DNA of 64,000 nt from the NCBI GenBank assembly GCA_028534125.1, contig CM052816.1, positions 66,156,001 through 66,220,000 of the forward strand, in the 5' to 3' direction. Below are positions 24,151 to 37,809 of the stretch, piece by piece (position 1 is the first letter of the stretch; each line of letters starts with the position of its first letter). This DNA is from Lama glama. Lineage: Eukaryota. A program made the translations under genes and the position numbers. The notes beneath the pieces are model-generated. The model saw nothing but the letters and a program-made list of their open reading frames with translations. It searched no databases and was not told the DNA's origin.

Positions 24151-25874
24151 GTGTTTTAAAAGCGCAAGGAAATCATCAGATCCAGGACATCAGTTACCTC
24201 TGGGGTGGTTGAGAGGGACACAGGAGCAGGAGAGGATACCCACGTACTTCAGAAACGTCTGTCATGTTTGATCTCTTGAAGAGACGTGCGACAAAATGTT
24301 TAGAATTGATAGTTTGGGATGGAGAGTAAGTTTGTTATGTTATCTTCTGTACTATTCTTTTTTATTTTAACTATTTCAGTCAAAGGATTTGGGGTGGGTA
24401 GAGAAGAATGCCCTATGGAGGGAAGAGTGTGAGAAAAGCGGACAGGAGGTTCCCGTAGCCTGAGGAGGGGCGGGCAGTGGTCAGAATGGAGCTGGAGCAC
24501 AGGGTGGGCGGGTGCTGTGAGGGACATGTGGCTGGAAGGGCGGACTGCGGACCTAGTGAGGATGCTGCTGATGCAGGGAGCATCGAACTGCTTCATCCAC
24601 TGAGGGCCACGGAGTGGAATTAGCAGGGCTAATCTTTGGAATATGTGGAAGTTGCATTGGAGGAGAATTAAGGCGACAACTCAGCTAGGAAAACAGCACA
24701 GAGGTACAGGTGTATAATGATCAAGTCTGCATTTAAAATGTAGCAAGTCCTAATTGTTGACTCTTCTAGTGCTCCGTGTGGTGTCTAATTTCATCCTCCC
24801 AACAATCCATTGAGGAAAGGATTATTGTTACCAACTGTCTTTTGCAAATGAGGAAACTGAGACACAGAGAAGTAAAAAAGCTTCACACTGGTGGTCAGCC
24901 TGGGAACTGGGGGCACTGGCTAGGAACGCAGCCCGGCTCGCTCCAGCAGACCTGTGCCCAGCGTTCCTGTTCTGTCCCTGCTCCACGCACAGGGCGCTGG
25001 GCGAAGCGACGAGAACCAGGCGTTAGGGCTGTGGAAGACGTGGGTGTGGAGGACTTCATGGCTTCAAGTCTCGGTGACCAGAGGCTACGGTTACCCCAGG
25101 GAGAAATTTTAAAAATCAGGAGAAAGAGCTGGATTGAGGAGTTGGCTAATAAGAAAAGTTGTGTTTGAGGGGCCGAAGAAAGGTCACGCGGGCAGTTGTA
25201 GACGTGGGGACCAGCGGCTCCGGAGGATGAGAGTCAACGCTGTGTGTGTGAGCGGGAGCCTTTTCTTGAGGGAGGAAAGGAAGCGAGAAAAGCGAGAGGC
25301 AGGAAGCAATCCAAACTGTAAAGATAGAAAAGGTTTTATAAACGTGGTTCATTAAATATTTAGGAGGCTTTTTACTGAAGTACGTGGTTTCCTCCCACCT
25401 TGGTTTGGGCGAGACCGAGTGAGAGGCAGTTTGTCCTTTCCTTTTACAACTTCTGCTCGTGGATGGGGTTCTTGGCTCAGTGTAGTTTCTAGAAGGATGA
25501 AGTAGCATCTCTTTGTCCCAACTTACTTCCATATTATTTACATTTTTCCATTCAGCTTGGCTTAGCACTTTACACTTTCATGTAAAGAGAATAATATTCC
25601 CTTTCTTTTCAATATTTTTAAAACTATGCCTGTATCAAGGTAAGGTAACTCATAGGAGTTGAAATAAGTTAAAATAGAGTGTTGTGGGCAGAACATTGTT
25701 GATGTTTGACTTCCTAAAAGTCTGTCCTTGATTTCAGAGTGGAATTAAGATTTTATGTGCTTTTTCTTCTGTGGCCATGACATGACATTCAGTTTGGATG
25801 AATTTTTTTTCTCTAGAATATTCACTGAATGTTAAGCTGAACCTAAAAATGGAGCTGACTATGGTCAGAGTTAC

Positions 25875-26360
25875 ACTTACTATGATTGTGTACCAAATTA
25901 AATCAAAACTTGGTGATGTCAAACAACAAATTGTTATGATCATGGATTTTGTGGGACAGGAATTCGGACGGAGCACAGCAAGCCTGGGGCCTTATCTGGA
26001 AAGCTGGCTCTCAAGCTTGAAGGCTGGAAGGCGTGTTCACTGACCCCCTGGGGGGTGCACGTGGCCGTTGCCGGGAGCAGCAGTCTTCTCACATGGGCTG
26101 ACCTGGGCTTCCTGCCTGTGTCCACACAAGTCCTAGGAGACAGAGCCAGGCAGAAGCTATACCCTTTTCTGATGACCCAGCCTCGGAAGTCACTTAGCAT
26201 CACTTCTTCCATATTCCGTTGATTGGAGCCGTCAGAAGTCTGCCCAGCATCAAGGGGAGGGGACACAGACCCCACCTCCTGGGTAAGTGGCAAGGTCCTA
26301 GGAAAGCAAGTGGGACTGGAAACACCACTGTAGCTTTTTGAAAAAATAAAATCTGCCACA
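25875..26360 (-). mobile_element. MLT1F-like LTR
   Basis: GGATTTTGTGGGACAGGAATTCGG...GACCCAGCCTCGGAAGTCAC...AAAATAAAATCTGCCACA. Confidence 0.8.
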
Positions 26361-28317
26361 GTTAGCTTACTGTGGTCACAGGGATCTCATCTTCTTTTCA
26401 GCCTATCCTCAATGGCTGGAGAGACATCCCTCACTTTGTATCTCAGTCAGCTGAAAAGTTGTTTTAATAGAAACCTGATAAGAACATGAATGGATCAGTC
26501 TAAACCTATTTCCAGTCCTTGAAAAGTAATTTCAAATGTAGATCCTTCAGGAATATCTTTAAAAACAATGAAAATGTCATTCAATCTGCCTCTAAAGAAT
26601 ATTGTTGTCAAGATAATTCAGCATCAGATACTCAGAGATGAGCTGGACCCTGAGGTTGTCTTAGACTTTCTGGATTTAAATTTTCTCACTTGGAAAAGTA
26701 AGGCCTGGCTCTGTCCATCTCAGAAATTTGCAAGACAGTGTTGTGCAGTGGAAAGACTGGGAGTTAGAGAGTTTAGAAGGAAACTTTGACACGCTGCCCA
26801 CATCTTGTCTTGAATAACCACATCATTTTTTAAAACCTTTGTTCTTCATCTGGAGTCGAGAGTAAGGGCCCTGATAGAACCTTCCTCCTGGCGGGTACAA
26901 GAGGCTGCCCGTTGGTCAGCAGTACGGGCGGGCTCCTCATGTTACAGCTCCCTCGTGGGGCCAGCTGCCGTGACGGTTCAGCAGCACAGCCCAGGCTAAG
27001 CCATCTTGCGCGCTGTGGACCCTGGGGGAATCTGGCGCTGTTGTTACGATGCCCAGTTTTCTAGCTCTCACCTAGCTGAGAAGTTCTGAAATCGTGCTGA
27101 TGAGATTTCTTGACATGGCGTTTGGGAGATTTTACTCAGTGGGTCCGAGGCTGGATCTGGAACTGTGCACTGCCCCGCCCAGGTGATTCTGAGGCGTCAG
27201 ATCCATCCAAGGTGGGCATTTCTACCCAGGAGATCCCTAGGGAACTGGCCCCTTGGGCAGTGGAGTCCATGGGGTGCAGTTCTGCTTCATAACAGACCAT
27301 TGGGGGAGCTCCCCCCGCAAATCTGCAGGCATCTGAGGGTATCAGAATGTTTGCGCATCTGGGAAGGGAGACTGCCTAATGGAAGGTCTGTCTGCAAGGA
27401 AGTCTGTTAGCCTCATCGCTGCCCTGGATTTAGTGCATGAGAGGGTTTATCTACAGTATCGATGAGGGAAAGTTTTCTAGCTAATAAAGTAGGAAAATTA
27501 CCCAGGACTTAATTTTTGTTTGAAAGGACAAATAGTCAAGGAGCAAAACACACTTTGCAGAGGAACAGTTCACATGTCAAGCATCATTCAGACACTCCCT
27601 GAGTCCTCTCGTCCAGTGACGGACTTGCTGTTTCTGAAGGAGAGCTGCAGCTGTGAGCCGGCTGCTGCTACGTCCCACAGCACACCCTGCCTTGCTGGGG
27701 AAATGTATGCAGTGATGTCAAGTCGCTGCCACTGAGTTAGACAGTGACAAGAAGTCAGAGGGGACTGATCTTCTTCTCTTTGGGAATCGTATTCCCAGGG
27801 CAGTCCTGGAGAACTCAGTAACGGCTATGTTTAAGGAATCATTTTCAGTCTGTAACGTAGTTTTGTCTGCATCCACCCCTCCATATTCTTAATTCTGTGA
27901 TTTTTAATATTTTTAAATTTTTAGAAACCATTTGCCACTTGCACTGTTCAACAGAAAAAGCTGTATCAATTTTATTTCTCATTTCTTCTCTTTACCCGCA
28001 CATCATATTCTCAAATAATTTTAAGGATATTGCTGATTATTTTTCCAGCTTAAAAAAAAATCCTCATAATTATACTTGTCCTCACTACCAAAATTTCCTG
28101 TTTCATATTTATGTAATAGAATACATACAGAATGCAAATTGAATTTATGGAATGCAAAGAAATTTAGTTTATTATTCATGTATTTCCTTTTTATATTATT
28201 TTACATTATAGCCTCCTTTCAGGGTTTAAGGGTTAGTAAGTGATATTTAAATTATGGTCTCACATTACATTCTCATTTCCCTTTGTCAATGACATAAAAA
28301 AAGACAGTAATTCTCAC

Positions 28318-28332
28318 TCCGCCCTCTGGTGG
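28318..28332 (-). promoter_or_regulatory. CTCF-like motif
   Basis: Minus strand reads CCACCAGAGGGCGGA. Confidence 0.55.
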
Positions 28333-29439
28333 AGGCATTTGAGAATACATCTCTCTAGCCTGCTCCCTAGCATGTAGCATTGTAACTAACGTATGTTAAA
28401 CACTGCGTTGAGCGTTGTGATGGGCATCGCTTCATCTCAGTCTCACAACAACTGGGGATGCTGTTGTAAGGAAACTGATGATCACAGAAGTCAGAAACTA
28501 GCATTTGGAGACAAGATTCAAATCCAAGGATGTCCAAATCCAAATCCTATGCTCATTCTCTTATGTCATGCTGCCTCCCATCCAACACCTTCAGCAAAGC
28601 AAACACTCTAACAGAACTACGCACTGGGTCTCTGGAGAGCTCTGTGCAGGTTAGACTGTAGGATTCGGTGTCAGAAAGACCTGGCTTTAAGATCCATCCC
28701 TGCGCCTTTCTGTCTCTGTCACGTTGGTCACATTATTTAACATCATTAAACCTCTGTATTCTCATCTACAGTTCTCTGTGAGGATAGTGGCCACATTTCA
28801 GAGGTCTTTGGTGAGAATTAGAAGAAATCATCCGTAAGCACACAGGCAAGCAACCAAAGCATGGTTAATGTGATGACCATAATCTTGTTGAAAGATACTG
28901 TGCAAGCTCAAGTTTGTCGGGCACCTTTTCTTTCAGTTCTTGTCTTTTCTATGACTTCCCAGTAAATTTTAAATGCAACTTCCCTAGTAAAAAGGGACTT
29001 TCAGTCTTCTGGCGTCTCGTGCAGCTAGCCCTGGGAACTGACTTTTTTCCCTCCGTGGGTCTAGTATGTGAAAGGGTTGCTTTTGTTTTCAAAGGAAGGC
29101 GCAGGTACTCAGGCTCAAATGAGAATACGGTCCCTGGACTTTTGTTTCTGGTATATTTTTCTATTCAAAGTCTTTTAGAAATTCATCTCTTAATAAGAAA
29201 AATGTATGAATTTATTAATTTAATGGTTCATTTGTGATTTGGTCACTAACTTCTATCTGGCGCCAAAGCTCGCTAACCAAACGGGCTCATCGTGCTTGAG
29301 AAAGGAGTCACCATCAAATGAACTTGTTTGCAGTGAAGGAAACAAAATGGTGTTGGGGGGATGGTTGTTAGGGTGGCAAAGCTCTTTTAAAATGCCCCAG
29401 AAACTCATGAAAAATAAATGGTACAATTTTTAAAAGTCC

Positions 29440-29830
29440 ACAACGCTTGGAAGAATGTGGTGAGGCCAGAAGTTTTCTATTACGTCACTGAGTAGGTAAA
29501 TTGGCATGGTGTTTTGGAAAGCAATTTGATAATTTGTAGTAACAGCTTGAAAGATGTTCATGCACACTGAACTTTCATTTTCAGAAATCTGCCCTAAACA
29601 GAGAAGTAAGCAAAGCTTTACCTAAAGAGATGCTTATCATAGCATTACTGATAACCAAAAAGCTGGAAATGAGCAAAGTGTGAATAATGGAGGATTGCTT
29701 GTATAAATCATTGTATTTATAGTAAAATGAATTACCAGATAGCCATTAAAAATGTTGGTATGGGAGATGGCTTGAGAAATACTCATAATACACAGTGATA
29801 GGTAGAAAAAGAAAACCAAAATACCGAGCT
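29440..29830 (+). mobile_element. Ancient L1 (L1ME-like) fragment
   Basis: GTAAATTGGCA...TTTTGGAAAGCAATTTG...AGCATTACTGATAACCAAAAAGCTGGAAA...TAGCCATTAAAAATG, ORF2 end/3' UTR pattern. Confidence 0.65.
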
Positions 29831-30414
29831 AGCGATACTATGAACTGTCCATCTATCTTCAAATTATGTACATAACATCACATTATAAATGCACTCTTTC
29901 CTTTCTAGACCTTTCTCCTTCTCCATAACCTAGCAGAGTTTCCTGTGGCACTCCAGAGCTGTTTCTTGCCTCCAGTGGGTCCCATAATCAAGAATAGATT
30001 GTACTTAACCAAAGTGTCTCCACTACTGCTAGAAATTGTCGTGTTCCCATTCTTGTTCCCCCACAGGTTGTTTGGCTGAATAAAGAAAAGATCTTGACCA
30101 CCAGCAGGGGTACGGATTCAGAAATCGTGGTTGACTCTTTCTAATATGCAGTTGTGTAGTAACATCATTGTTTTCTGGAATTTTTTTTTTTGTCAGTTTT
30201 ACCAAAACAGCTAGTTCTATACCTGGCTTTAATCTGCACATTAGTCATTTTAAAAAGAGCCAAATATCCCTTCAATAATAAATCATAGTGTTTTAATTCT
30301 ATTATATATCTTTTGCACTTTCAGCTTTAGTGAATTACAATTATAAGTCAAGTGATAAACTGCACATGCTTACAGTGTGTGATTTGATATACTTTGGCAT
30401 AGGTACACACCTGT

Positions 30415-30948
30415 AGTATCAGTTATCTATTGTTGTGTAACAGGTTACCTCCCAAATTAGTGACTTGTAACAACAAGCATTTGTTATCCCACAGTTTCTG
30501 TGGGTCAGGAATTTGGGAGCAGCTTAGCTGAGTGGCTCAGGCTCAGGACCTCTCACGTGGTTCCAGCCAGGATGTTCGAATGGCTACACACATCTGAAGG
30601 TTTGACTGAGGCCAGCGGATCTGCTTGCAAGACGGCTCACCCTCCTGGCTGTTGGCAAGAGGCCTCAGGTTTTTGCTTGCTGTTGACAGGCTGCCTTAGG
30701 TTACCTGAGTGTCCTCTCAGTGGCAGCTAGCTTCCCCCCCCACCAGAGTGAGTGATCCAAGACAAAGCAAGCAAGAGGAAACTGCAGTGTTTTGTGACCT
30801 GGCCTCTGAAGGCTGTCATCACTGCCTCTTTTCTCTATTTGTTAGAATCAAGTCACGAAGTACAGCCCACATTCAAAGGAAGGAAGATTAAGGTCCACTC
30901 CTTGAAGGGAGGAGCATCAGAGAATCTGTGAATTTTAGAACCAGCACA
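30415..30948 (-). mobile_element. MLT1F/G-like LTR interrupting an old L1 3' end (~30320-31000)
   Basis: GTTATCTATTGTTGTGTAACA...CACAGTTTCTGTGGGTCAGGAATTTGGGAGCAGCTTAGCTG...TTTTAGAACCAGCACA. Confidence 0.8.
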
Positions 30949-31891
30949 GCCATGAAACTAGAAACATGATCAAGATAATATATCCCATATTAATCAGACT
31001 CCAAGTCAAATTATCTGTTACTGTGTTTAATCATATTTCAATTCTGGTGAAGCTACTAAAATTTTGCAAAGTTTTTTTCCAAATACCCTTGTTACCTTGT
31101 ATTCCCAGAGCACCTTTCAGTCTGATTTATTTTTAGTTTTTCAAAGTTGTTCTTAGAGCAATTGGCACATCTTTTATGCATGAAGCCAGTGAACATTTCT
31201 GGCAAGAGAGGTAAAAATTCCTTATTTGGGGGATAAGGAAGGGGAAAGGATGTGGCAGAGGATTAATAAGAACATGTACATACATTATATTTCCTTACGT
31301 CAGGCCTTTGACCTCCTCATGGCCTCCCTGGAAAAGATTATTTGGACTTTCTAAAGAAAGATGTTTTTCTGACAAATACTGAAAACCTGTCCTTCTAGCG
31401 TGCTTCCCAAGCACATGGAGAACACATTTTCTAGCTCCTCGATTTTCCTGAGAGCAGAGGGTTTTCTATGTCACTGCTGCTGTCACAGGCCCCCGTGTGA
31501 TGACCACAGCAGCACAAGCTTGGTCACCACCCTCCGTGTGGTGTGCACTTTGTGCCTCAGGCCCTAGGCTGTCTGTTGCACACATATCAGCTCACTGAAT
31601 TCTTACAGTGGTCGCCCTGTAAGAGAGGGGTAGGTATGGTCCTCATTTTATTTTTTTATGGTAAGAAAATTGGTGAAATTAAGACAATTGCCTGTGGTCA
31701 TCCATTCAGCTATTTCTCCCCTCTTTGTTCAACAAATATTTTTTTGAGCACTAGCTATGTGTCTAGTACTGTTTTAGGTGCTGGGGATTCTGAAGGAACA
31801 AAATAGCTAAAATTCTCTACCTTCAGAATTACGGGACAGAGGTGAGATTTCAACACAGATTGTTCAAAGTCTGCTTTTCTAACCACCATAT

Positions 31892-32056
31892 CAGTGGTTC
31901 TCAAACTTTTATGGGAATAAATATCACCTGAAAAGCTTCTTTTTAAGGTACATTTACTCCATGGAGGTTTTAATTCAGAGGCCCAAGAATCTGCAATTTT
32001 ATCAACCATCATAAGTGGTTCTAAGTGGTCCGTGGACCACACTTTGAGAAACACTG
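31892..32056. mobile_element. MER5A-like hAT element
   Basis: Terminal inverted repeats CAGTGGTTCTCAAA ... TTTGAGAAACACTG. Confidence 0.85.
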
Positions 32057-32943
32057 CTTCAGGTACGCTGCTACACCCACCAAAGGGGGGGCACACTTTT
32101 CCTCATTGTGCCCAATCGTATCACATCCTCAGTGCTTCCTCTCCCTATTTATAGACTGTATAAACCAGTCTCCTTGAATCCAGGGTTTAACATCCCAAAT
32201 TCATAATAATGTCATTTTCTCTTATCTGGATTCTACTTCTCCATTTTGGAAATAAATTGCTCTAAGCAAACTGTAAGGGTTAAACCAGGGTTAAAAGCAT
32301 GACTGAAATACAGATTTGTTTTTTGTTCCACATCTAAATATACCCAGTTTCCACATTGTTAACAAACGTGTTTTCTCCTTGTCCACAGTAATAGAGCTTA
32401 GGGACTTCTAGCTACGGACCTCTTCCTACAAATGGTGAGGAATAAAGTATCCCCAGTTTTAGAAAAGGTCAGGAAGAGGGTCCCTGTGAGCATTCATTAT
32501 CTATCACTGCATAATAAATTATTCCAGGATTTAGCAACTTAAAACAAGCATTATCTTAGTTTCTGTAGGAACCCGGGAGTGGCTTAGCTGGGTATTTCAG
32601 GCCCAGGTTCTCTCAAGGATGTGATCCACAAGATGGACAGACCTGCAGATATCTCTAGGCTCCACTCAGGTCAGATGTGCTTTCAGAGTTGCTCATCTGC
32701 TGTCGCCAGACCTAAGAAGATCTGCTCCTGCTGCCACACTGAGCCCCGCGGACCTCTCCACCATGGGTCGGCCTCACAGCACAGCAGCTGGCTTCCCCAG
32801 GCTGAGCGGTTGAGCAAAAGTGAGAGAGAGAGAGCCCCAAGATGGAAGCTGCAGTGTTTTTATAACTTAATTTTGGAAGTGTGTCTCATAACCTCTGTTG
32901 CATTCTGTTTGCTAAATCCATTTCACAATTAGGGGGAGGAAAT

Positions 32944-33530
32944 TATAGCAACAATGGCTCCTCCTAAAGATGGTTGCTCCTTAATCCCTGGAACCTGTGG
33001 AGATGCTACATTACGTGGCAAAGGGGAGTCAGCAGGTGTGATTAAGGTTACGGGTCTTAAGGTGAAGAGTATTCTGGGTAACCAGGTGGGGCCAATGTAA
33101 TCACATGAGCCCTTGAAAGGAGAAGTGGAACTTGAAGGGATGAGGCAGAGACAGAAGTCAGAGAGATTCCAAGCGTGAAAGGTGTCTGAGGTGCAGGCTC
33201 TGAGAGAGAGGCTTCTAGGAGCTCATACAGAGCAGGAACGATACGAGGCCCCAGGAGCAGAGACTGGTCCTGGGTGACGGCAGACAAGGAACTGAGGGCC
33301 TCAATCCAACAACTAAAAGGAACTGAATTCGGCCAGTAACCTAGAAGAGCGTGGAAGCAGATTCATCCCCAGAGCCTCCGGTAAGGAGTGTGTCCCTGCC
33401 AACACATTGATTTTTAGGCTGGTGAGGCCAGTGGGACTTTTGCCTACAGAACTGTGAGATAGTATTGAGGTGTTTAAAGCTGCTAAGTTTGCTGTCATTT
33501 GTTCCGGCCATGCGACAAAGTAAGATACCA
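32944..33530 (+). mobile_element. MLT1D-like LTR nested in an antisense MLT1F-like LTR (~32490-33572)
   Basis: TAATCCCTGGAACCTGTG...GGTGTGATTAAGGTT...GGTGGGGCCAATGTAATCACA...CCTACAGAACTGTGAGATA; the host LTR resumes with CCAGGAGATGGGATCAC. Confidence 0.85.
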
Positions 33531-34185
33531 CCAGGAGATGGGATCACGAGGGGGCTGCCCACCTCACTCGGGCTGTGCAGAGAGTGAGTTTCATACAGAA
33601 GCAGAGCGAGCGCGCTCCGCGGTGCCTGGGCTCGTCTACCTGGGCATAAAGAGCTCCCTCCGCCAGTACCGCCAACGGTGAAGGCACTGTTACGAGAGGA
33701 ATGGGCAAAATCAATTTCATGGGCCACCACTAGAAACTAGAAGTGGCTTGAAAAGAAAAGGAGCTAAAGGGGAATGAATTCTTCAGGGGCCAATCTTTGT
33801 TGGTGCGTTTGTTTGGTGGGTTGTTTCTCATGATGTTACCATGGCTTCAGTAGCACAGCCCAGGGCTCAGTTTGCATCCTTAGATGTTGACCCTGATGTA
33901 AAAAAGAAAAAGGCAGCTGCTGCTCCCACCCTTAATAATTCCTGGTTGGATGAATATGGAACAGGTGGACGGGGACCGGTAACGGCTCTTGAAGAGCTGG
34001 ATGCCCCTTGATGGCAAAGAATGCTGGAATTTGCTCTCTACCTGGGAAGCTGTACCAAACTGTGACATGTCCTGTTGAGTTTTTTGTGGTTCACAAAGCT
34101 GGACCACATGAAAACACCCTAGAAGCTTTTTTTGAAAAAATACTTAACCCTGGGCCTCAGCACCAGAAAATCTGATTAGTCGAGG

Positions 34186-34821
34186 GGTTACCAAACCAAA
34201 CGTGGGTCTGCTTGCCTGCTCACAGTGAAGCTAACCTCCTGACGCCGGGTTGTGGTGGAGCAAAGTGCAGCGTTGATAGTGGGGCGCCAAGCAAGCAGTC
34301 CAGGGCAGCTAGTGCTTAAAAGACCGGAGCTCCTCAAAGGCTATCAGGGAAAAGTTTTTAAAGACAGGGTGCGGGGTGGGGCTTGCATGGTGCATGATCA
34401 GCTCGTGGACATTCTCTGATTAGTTGGTGGTGAGGCAGTTGAGATTCAACACCATCAGCCTTCTGGTTCCAACCAGCCTGAGGTCCACATGCTGAAGGAC
34501 AGCATACAGCTGATGTCTCCCTCCTGCTGGGGGTTTCAGTATCTACAAAACAGCTCGAAGATTATGGCTCAGGAGTATTGTCTGTAGCCCTTGAGGAGGA
34601 ACTAAAGGTCTCTGACTTCGCTTAATGGCTAAACTATTATTATTTTGTCTTGCGTGATTGTTTTCTTTCTACATTTTCTCACTTCTCTGATTAAATGTAC
34701 TCTTTGGAACTGGAGGGAAGTCTAGGAGACTTAAAGTTTTTCTGCAGACCACAGGCAGGCAAGGACATGGAGGGGCGGGGGTCTATTCTGGGAAGGCCCC
34801 GGGGGGCCCCGCTCAGTTACA
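34186..34821 (-). mobile_element. ERV1-type solo LTR inserted in a MER5-like element
   Basis: (G)GTTACC...GTTACA termini; 4-bp TSD GAGG at 34182-34185 and 34822-34825. Confidence 0.85.
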
Positions 34822-35084
34822 GAGGTGGAGGCCAAGAGTCAAGTTGAAAAGTCTTTGTGGGATATTTCCTCCAGAACCGGTTCAGGTTGGGTCCTTCTTG
34901 CCACATCAGGGATCCAGCTGACCACTGGCCAACTTGCTGTTTCCATGGTAAAGACACTCAAAGGATAATAAGAAATCCAATTTATGTACCTGACACAGAA
35001 GGGGTCTCAAATAACATTGTTGAATGTGTAGATTCATAAAATAATACACACTCATGTTCCAGAAAAAAAGATGGAAAATCCCAC

Positions 35085-35552
35085 TGTCGACTAAAATAAA
35101 TGCACAGCCTAAAAGTTGAGAGTTATGTTTTATTTGGCAGAAATTTCTGAGGACTCGAACCCCTTTGAACCCAGGATAACAGCCTCTCAGATGGCTCCGA
35201 AGAGGTAGGGGAAGAGCAAGGATATATGAGTTTTACAACAAAGACTAAGTAGTTGGAACATTAAAAGATTACTTGTTAACTGAAGAACCAGGCATCTCAA
35301 GTTAAAGAATTTAGTGCTTTTCTATGTATGGGAGGAAGTAAACATTTGGGCTCATTGAATTCATTCCTTTGACAAGCACCTAGCTATCTAGGGCCAGTAT
35401 CTTGTCCTTTATTATTCTGAGTGCCCTCGGTGAGTGGCTGCAGAGGCTGAGCTGCAGACTTGTCTTCTCTGGGGGTGGCGGCAGCCGCTGATGACTTGAT
35501 GGGTTCAGCATTCTTTGTTTACTGATATGGTTTGCAGTATTTTTTGTTCACA
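35085..35552 (-). mobile_element. ERV1-type solo LTR
   Basis: TG...CA termini; TSD CCAC at 35081-35084 and 35553-35556; minus-strand AATAAA at 35129-35134 about 45 bp from the LTR end. Confidence 0.88.
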
Positions 35553-37261
35553 CCACAAAACTGTACTTGGTTTTAATGATCAGGTCGTGGAGAGAGTTTA
35601 GACTTGTCTTAATATTGAATCATTTACATTTAAAATCCAAGATTTGGTTCTTTCAGATTAAATTCTTGTATTCTTAGGGATGGCCTGGGGATCAAATGGA
35701 AATGATAAAATTCCTAAAAGCTATTGTATCTTTGAATATCATAATGCCCTTTGAAGAGTTGTTGGGTTTTTTTTTTTTTTTTGCTTTTCTACTGACAATG
35801 CAAGGAAAATATTCTAGATCTTTACCATTTAAGGGCAGACAGGTAGTAAGACAAATATTGAAATGTCTTTTATAGAGCGTTATAGTAAGAGGACTGTTAA
35901 AGCACCAGCAATATGCCTTAATAGTAACCATGCTTCAAACTGTAAAAAAGGAAGGAGAGAGACTTTTCTGGATGTTGTCTTAAAGTCCCGCTTAGTCTTT
36001 GATAATACTTAAAAATCTTGAGTTCTTTTGTCAAAACCCTAACTTCAGCTCTAAGGTTGGAATTTATGGCACTTGAGAATCTAATCTACTTTCCAAGACC
36101 TTTTTTCAAGCCAGCTTTTGATTTCTTGCTTAGAATGTCAAGTCTCCATAAGAAAGTCTCTCCCTCCCTTTCTACTTCAACGGCAAAACCTGACTTGACT
36201 TTAGCTTAAGTGTCAACAAATGGTCTTTCGTGAATGTCAGCTTTTCCCTTGCTAAGCCTATGTTTACATGTCAGTTTCCAGGATTTTCATTACCAACACC
36301 ACTCCTCCCTCCAAAGTTCTATCTTAAAATGTCCTTTTAATTTTGACTTGCTCTGTTAGCCTAGCCCTGTCTTTTGCCTTTTCTGTTCTGTGAATAGAGG
36401 CAAGGACAAAAAGATGCCGAGGGGTTTGCTAATTTATACTTGGTCTGAAGTGGTGTCAGCCGCAGGGCATGCACACACCTGGTATAGCCCAACAAGGAAA
36501 AAGTGTAAGAAAGCAGCTGCCAACTTCTCAGAAATACAGTAGCCTTCCGTTCTCTTGCAAATGGTTTTGTGATTTGGTGGAAGCAGCAATTTAAAGCCTT
36601 AGATCATTTGGGGTTGCCACCCATTAACAAATGACTTCTGGCTTCGATTACATTAACAGTGTATCCGTCACTGTTAAGATGAGGTAGTGCTTTTCTTGGT
36701 TAGTTTGAAATTATAAGAAAAGAACTTTAAATGTCTGTTTCATTATGACCCCTACAGATAGCTGTTGTTGATTTCATCATAAATATTTGTTGGAGGCTCT
36801 GTGTCCTACAGATCAGTAGAAATATTAGGAAAAGACAACTAGCTTGAGGTAGTTGTACAGAAGATCAAGTGCATAGGGAAGGACAGGAGATAGAAACGGG
36901 AGCAGAAATGGAAGAATAAGACTTGGATGGGGAGAATAGCGGGTTTTGCTTGTATTTTCAGACTGTTCTCTTTAAAACAGAAAGAAAAGTAAGCCTCTCC
37001 TTTTCGAAAATAAAACCCTTCTTAGGCTACCCGCATTCAATAACCCTCTCTTGTGTTCTCCTTTCGAAGCACCTGGAAGTAGAGCGTTTTGTCTTCACAG
37101 TCACCATTTGCTTCTCTACAGAATATGATCTTTCCCTCCCACAGCTATTCTAAAACTGCCCCTGTCAAAGTGACCAGCAATCCTGATTTTTCTTTACATT
37201 ATTTGAAAACATGGATCACTCCTATCTTAAAACCCACCTCTGGTGGCTTCTTGTATTCATT

Positions 37262-37629
37262 TGGTATGGGAACGACAGGCCAGCCAAGAAACAAGCACCA
37301 CTCGGAGGGCTGGAGTACTCAGATTATTACGCCGGCGGGCTCAGAGGGGCTTCTGCTCTGAAGCTCTGAGCACCTCCAAAACGTGTGCATGAGGTTTTAT
37401 AGGGTTAATTACAAGCTTGGGGTATTCGGCCAATAGGCATGGAACAGCTTTAGCAGCATCCTTATCACAAAAGCACAGGCAGGGAGGCAGCAAACCAACA
37501 TTCCAAGGCTAGATATGTCTCTCTGAAAATCCAGCTGGCTAGCAAAAAAAATACATGAGCGGGGAATAAGCAAACCAACACTTACTAACTTAGATTTATG
37601 AGTTAGCCCAGCCCGGCTTTTCCTTCACA
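37262..37629 (-). mobile_element. ERV solo LTR (4-bp TSD, ERV1-type)
   Basis: TG...CA termini; TSD CATT at 37258-37261 and 37630-37633; minus-strand TATAAAA at 37395-37401 and CCAAT at 37430-37434. Confidence 0.85.
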
Positions 37630-37809
37630 CATTCACTCTCACCCCATTCTCCATCCATCTCTTTAGCTCCTCCTTTTTAAAGTCTCCTTCATAAGCTTCC
37701 TTCCTCAGTTGCCTGTAGATGCAGCGTTCCCTCACTCCCGATCCACTCTTCTCTGATATGACACGTTCTCTCGCACTTTCTCCAATCCCAGAGTTTTGGT
37801 TATCATCTC

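Noticed and set aside
27302..27315. 14-bp palindrome GGGGGAGCTCCCCC
   Set aside because: Low complexity; palindromes of this length are expected by chance.
36653..36700. let-7-like miRNA (TGAGGTAGT) beside a 9-bp hairpin
   Set aside because: The match stops after 9 nt, it is not on a precursor arm, and a 9-bp stem is expected by chance in 64 kb.
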